Assembly (NCBI RefSeq): GCF_006345805.1
Contig: NC_043007.1
Coordinates: 21,452,001 to 21,516,000, forward strand
From: Octopus sinensis
Taxonomy: Eukaryota
Direction of reading: 5' to 3'
Length of the DNA: 64,000 nucleotides
Of the stretch, positions 60,311 through 64,000 are shown one piece after another; within the stretch, counting starts at the first letter, position 1; each line of letters begins with the position of its first letter. The position numbers and the translations under genes are program-made. The notes beneath the pieces are model-generated. The model was not told where the DNA came from. It was given only the letters and a program-made list of their open reading frames with translations, and ran no database searches.

Positions 60311-61299
60311 GTATATATGTATGTATGTATGTGTGTGTGTCTGTGTTTGTGCCCCCAACATCGCTTGACAACAGATGGTGGTGTGTTTATGTCCCCGTAA
60401 CTTAGCAGTTCGGCAAAAGAGACCGATACAAGAAGTACTAGGCTGGCTTACAAAGAATAAGTCCTGGGGGCGATTTGCTTGACTAAAGGCAGTGCTGCAG
60501 CATGGCCGCAGTCAACTGACTGAAACAAATAAAAGAGATTCCAGGCGAAATGTTTAGTGACATTTCGTCTACCTTCATGTTCTGAGTTCAAATTCAACCA
60601 AGATCGACTTTGCCTTTCATTCTCTTGGGGTCAGTAAATAAGTATCAGTTGGAACCAGGGGTTGATGTAATCGACTTCCCCACCCCCGCCCCCAAATTGC
60701 TGGCCTTGTACCAAAATTCAAAACCAATATTTTACCTGTCTTGCTTTTAAATCCATTTACCTTTACACTATCTTTCCATACTTTTTTAAATACCGCCCCC
60801 TATTTTTTTTACAAAACCTTCGATTGATCCCTTATAGTTCAAAATGATTACACGTTATTGTTCCTTCAGCAAACACAGACCTTAAATCTCATAGGATCAG
60901 CTCGATATATGTATAGTTCAGTTGACATTGGAATGTCAGTGTAGTCGGTATTTCAGCTTCATTATTAATTATTTAACCAGTCAGAGAATTTCAGCTTTGG
61001 TTATTGCAAGATTCAATATCATTCTGCAATCATTGTCATGTTTGTTCTTCTCGTATGTTCTTTGAATGGTTATGCAATTCAACACTTATCCCATTGTATT
61101 ACGACACACCAGTTTCGAAATGTATTGATTTCTTACTAGTTCGTATTGATTCGGTTTTTATTGGTGGTGGTAGGATAGAAATTCGTACGATTTTATTTTT
61201 TTACAGGGAACCTTTTTTTTTTCCTTGTTTTAATAGTTGTATTTGAATAAGATTAAATTTGTAGAAAGGAGCATGGAAATTGCATGAGTGTGTGTGTGT

Positions 61300-61780
<481 letters not shown>

Positions 61781-62569
61781 GTAAGGGCTTTTTTTTCCCG
61801 ATCTTTTTTTGTTTTTTACACTTTAATCAAAATCCCATTCATGATTCCAAATCACCACTAGGTATGAAAAAGTTACAAAATACTATTGTCTTGGGAAATT
61901 TCCAGAGCGAGCAATTCTTGCTGCGTAGAATCACCGTTGTCGTGTAGTAAAGATAAAAATTGGCTGCTTGGTTCATGAGACTGCATTACACTTGATTTCA
62001 CACTAGTTTCGGTATTACAATATAGATTCTTTGTTATATATTAGATTCTTCCACCATCAGTCATTTCTCATAGCAGTTTACTACTAACTCGACTCGCACT
62101 TTTAATCGTTAAAAACCAAAAAAAAAAAGCATTTTAAGACACAAATCGGTCTTTATCGTATGGGGGGGAAAAATTACATTGTTTATTTTAAAGATATTTT
62201 CGCAACTGCTTTAATCTTGTATGTTTTTTAATTCCATCCTCTCTCTCTCTGAAGAAATAACAATTTTATCTATGTTTAGATTACTCTGTCTCTGTCTGTC
62301 TGTCCGTCTCTCTCCCTGTCTCTCCCTCTCTCTCTCTCCCTCTCTCTCTCTTCCTCTCCCCCCACCCCCGCTCTCTCTCCCCCTAAACAGTTTCCATTAT
62401 CATCATTTACAGCTTTCCTTGTTCCTTCTGTGGTTTAAAATTTGAACTTTATTCAATTATAGATATACGTCTGTATGCATGTATATATGTGTGTGTGTGT
62501 GTGTGTGCGTACGCATGTATAAAATACATATGCACACCACACAGACTACACCTTAGAATATAAGTGTTT

Positions 62570-62598
62570 CTCTGTCTCTATCTATCTATCTATCTATA

Positions 62599-62631
<33 letters not shown>

Positions 62632-63046
62632 GTCTATCTATCTACCTATCTATCTATCCATCTATCTATCTATATCTACCTACCTACCTATCTATCAATC
62701 TATCTGTCTGTCTATCTACCTATATCTATCTATCTACCTACCAACGTACCTACCTATCTACCTATCTGTCTATCTATCTATCTGTCTATCCATCTATCCA
62801 TCCATCCATCCATCCATCCATCTATCTGACTGTCTGTCTACCTATCTATATCTTTCTACCTACCTACCTACCTACATATCTACCTACCTACCTACCTACC
62901 TACCTACCTACCCACCTACCCACCTACCCACCTACCCACCTACCTACCCACCTACCTACCTACCTACCTACCTACCTACCCCTTACCTACCTACCTACCT
63001 ACTTACCCACCTACCTACCTACCTACCCACCTACCCACCTACCTAC

Positions 63047-63109
<63 letters not shown>

Positions 63110-63131
63110 CCTGTCTGTCTATCTGTCTACG

Positions 63132-63175
<44 letters not shown>
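62570..63175. repeat. Compound (TATC)n/(TCCA)n/(TACC)n/(TA)n microsatellite
   Basis: Seen directly; explains the 225-aa [11 protein letters not shown]. Confidence 0.95.
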
Positions 63176-63178
<3 letters not shown>

Positions 63179-64000
63179 AATGATGGTGATGATGCATACA
63201 TAACCAAAAACACATACACCCACACACACACACACACGTAACATGTATATGTATAAAAATGTGCTTCTTTAATTAAAGTTCTGCACCTCTATTTCGCTAT
63301 TAATACCATGTTAGCAATCCTTGTTGGCTGTGATGGAATGAATACGTCTAGAAACATTAGGTTTCCTGCTACTGTCATGGACGGTTCTACCTGTCCCTCC
63401 TCTGTGGTTCATAGCAGCAATAGGGGTAGTATTGATCCTAGCCGATAAGAGGCTACTGCGAATTGTAAGAAGTGGGCTATATCTGAAGGTTCTGTCTGAC
63501 TTCTCTCTCTTCTCTCCTCTCGCTCGCTCGCACGCTTGCTCTCTCTCCGTGCTACACATATGTTATAGCTGCTTAGAGAATTACCGAAGAGCTACAGCAG
63601 CTCTTTATTTTCCACAGCCATTGCTACTACAGCTGTCTCTCTTGCTTGCTCTCTCCCTCTGTCTCTCTCCGTCTCTCTCGCTCTCTCGCTCTTCCAATTC
63701 CTTCACTGGTTGTGTAGGACTTGCAGCAGTCACAGCTGATGTGTATCTTGGCATTTATTCAGGTTAGTCTTCATCTGTCATTATCTCCGATGTTCTTTAA
63801 ACCTTCTGTGCCCATTTTTTTCTCTCCATTTCCTTTTCCTCCTTTTTCTTCTTCTTCTTCTTCTCACTTTAATTCATCAAATACAGAAATATTAATATTC
63901 CATTTTAACTATTACCAATAATACCAACTATTCTTAAAGAAATACCTAGTCTTCAGCAAATATTTCCATTAACCAAAATGAAAAATAAAAAAAAAGCATT

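Overview
AT-rich, repeat-saturated eukaryotic nuclear DNA, intronic or intergenic in character. It is most likely from a coleoid cephalopod (octopus). That assignment is an inference from SINE families I recognise and from a cytochrome b NUMT that reads in the invertebrate mitochondrial code. I cannot identify a confident host protein-coding gene; nearly all ORFs in the track come from microsatellites or SINEs, and only a few weak plus-strand exon candidates exist. Supported content: (1) several high-copy SINE families (labelled A, B, C, G here); (2) TTAA-flanked piggyBac-type MITEs; (3) Tigger-like, 8-bp-TSD, Helitron-like and Helentron-like non-autonomous DNA elements; (4) decayed fragments of a Tc1/mariner transposase, R4/Dong, R2-like, RTE and CR1-type LINEs, and a Penelope-like GIY-YIG endonuclease; (5) two cytb NUMT pieces; (6) a 1232-bp near-identical tandem duplication. 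The most interesting signals are minimal hammerhead-ribozyme cassettes and TSD-flanked foldbacks of probable Penelope origin, many in or next to (TA)n tracts; a MITE-spacer-MITE composite present twice with unrelated flanks; SINE insertions flanked by 57-200 bp direct repeats; and an R2-like RT fragment captured inside a SINE that sits at the edge of a NUMT. All coordinates were read by eye and may be off by a few bases.
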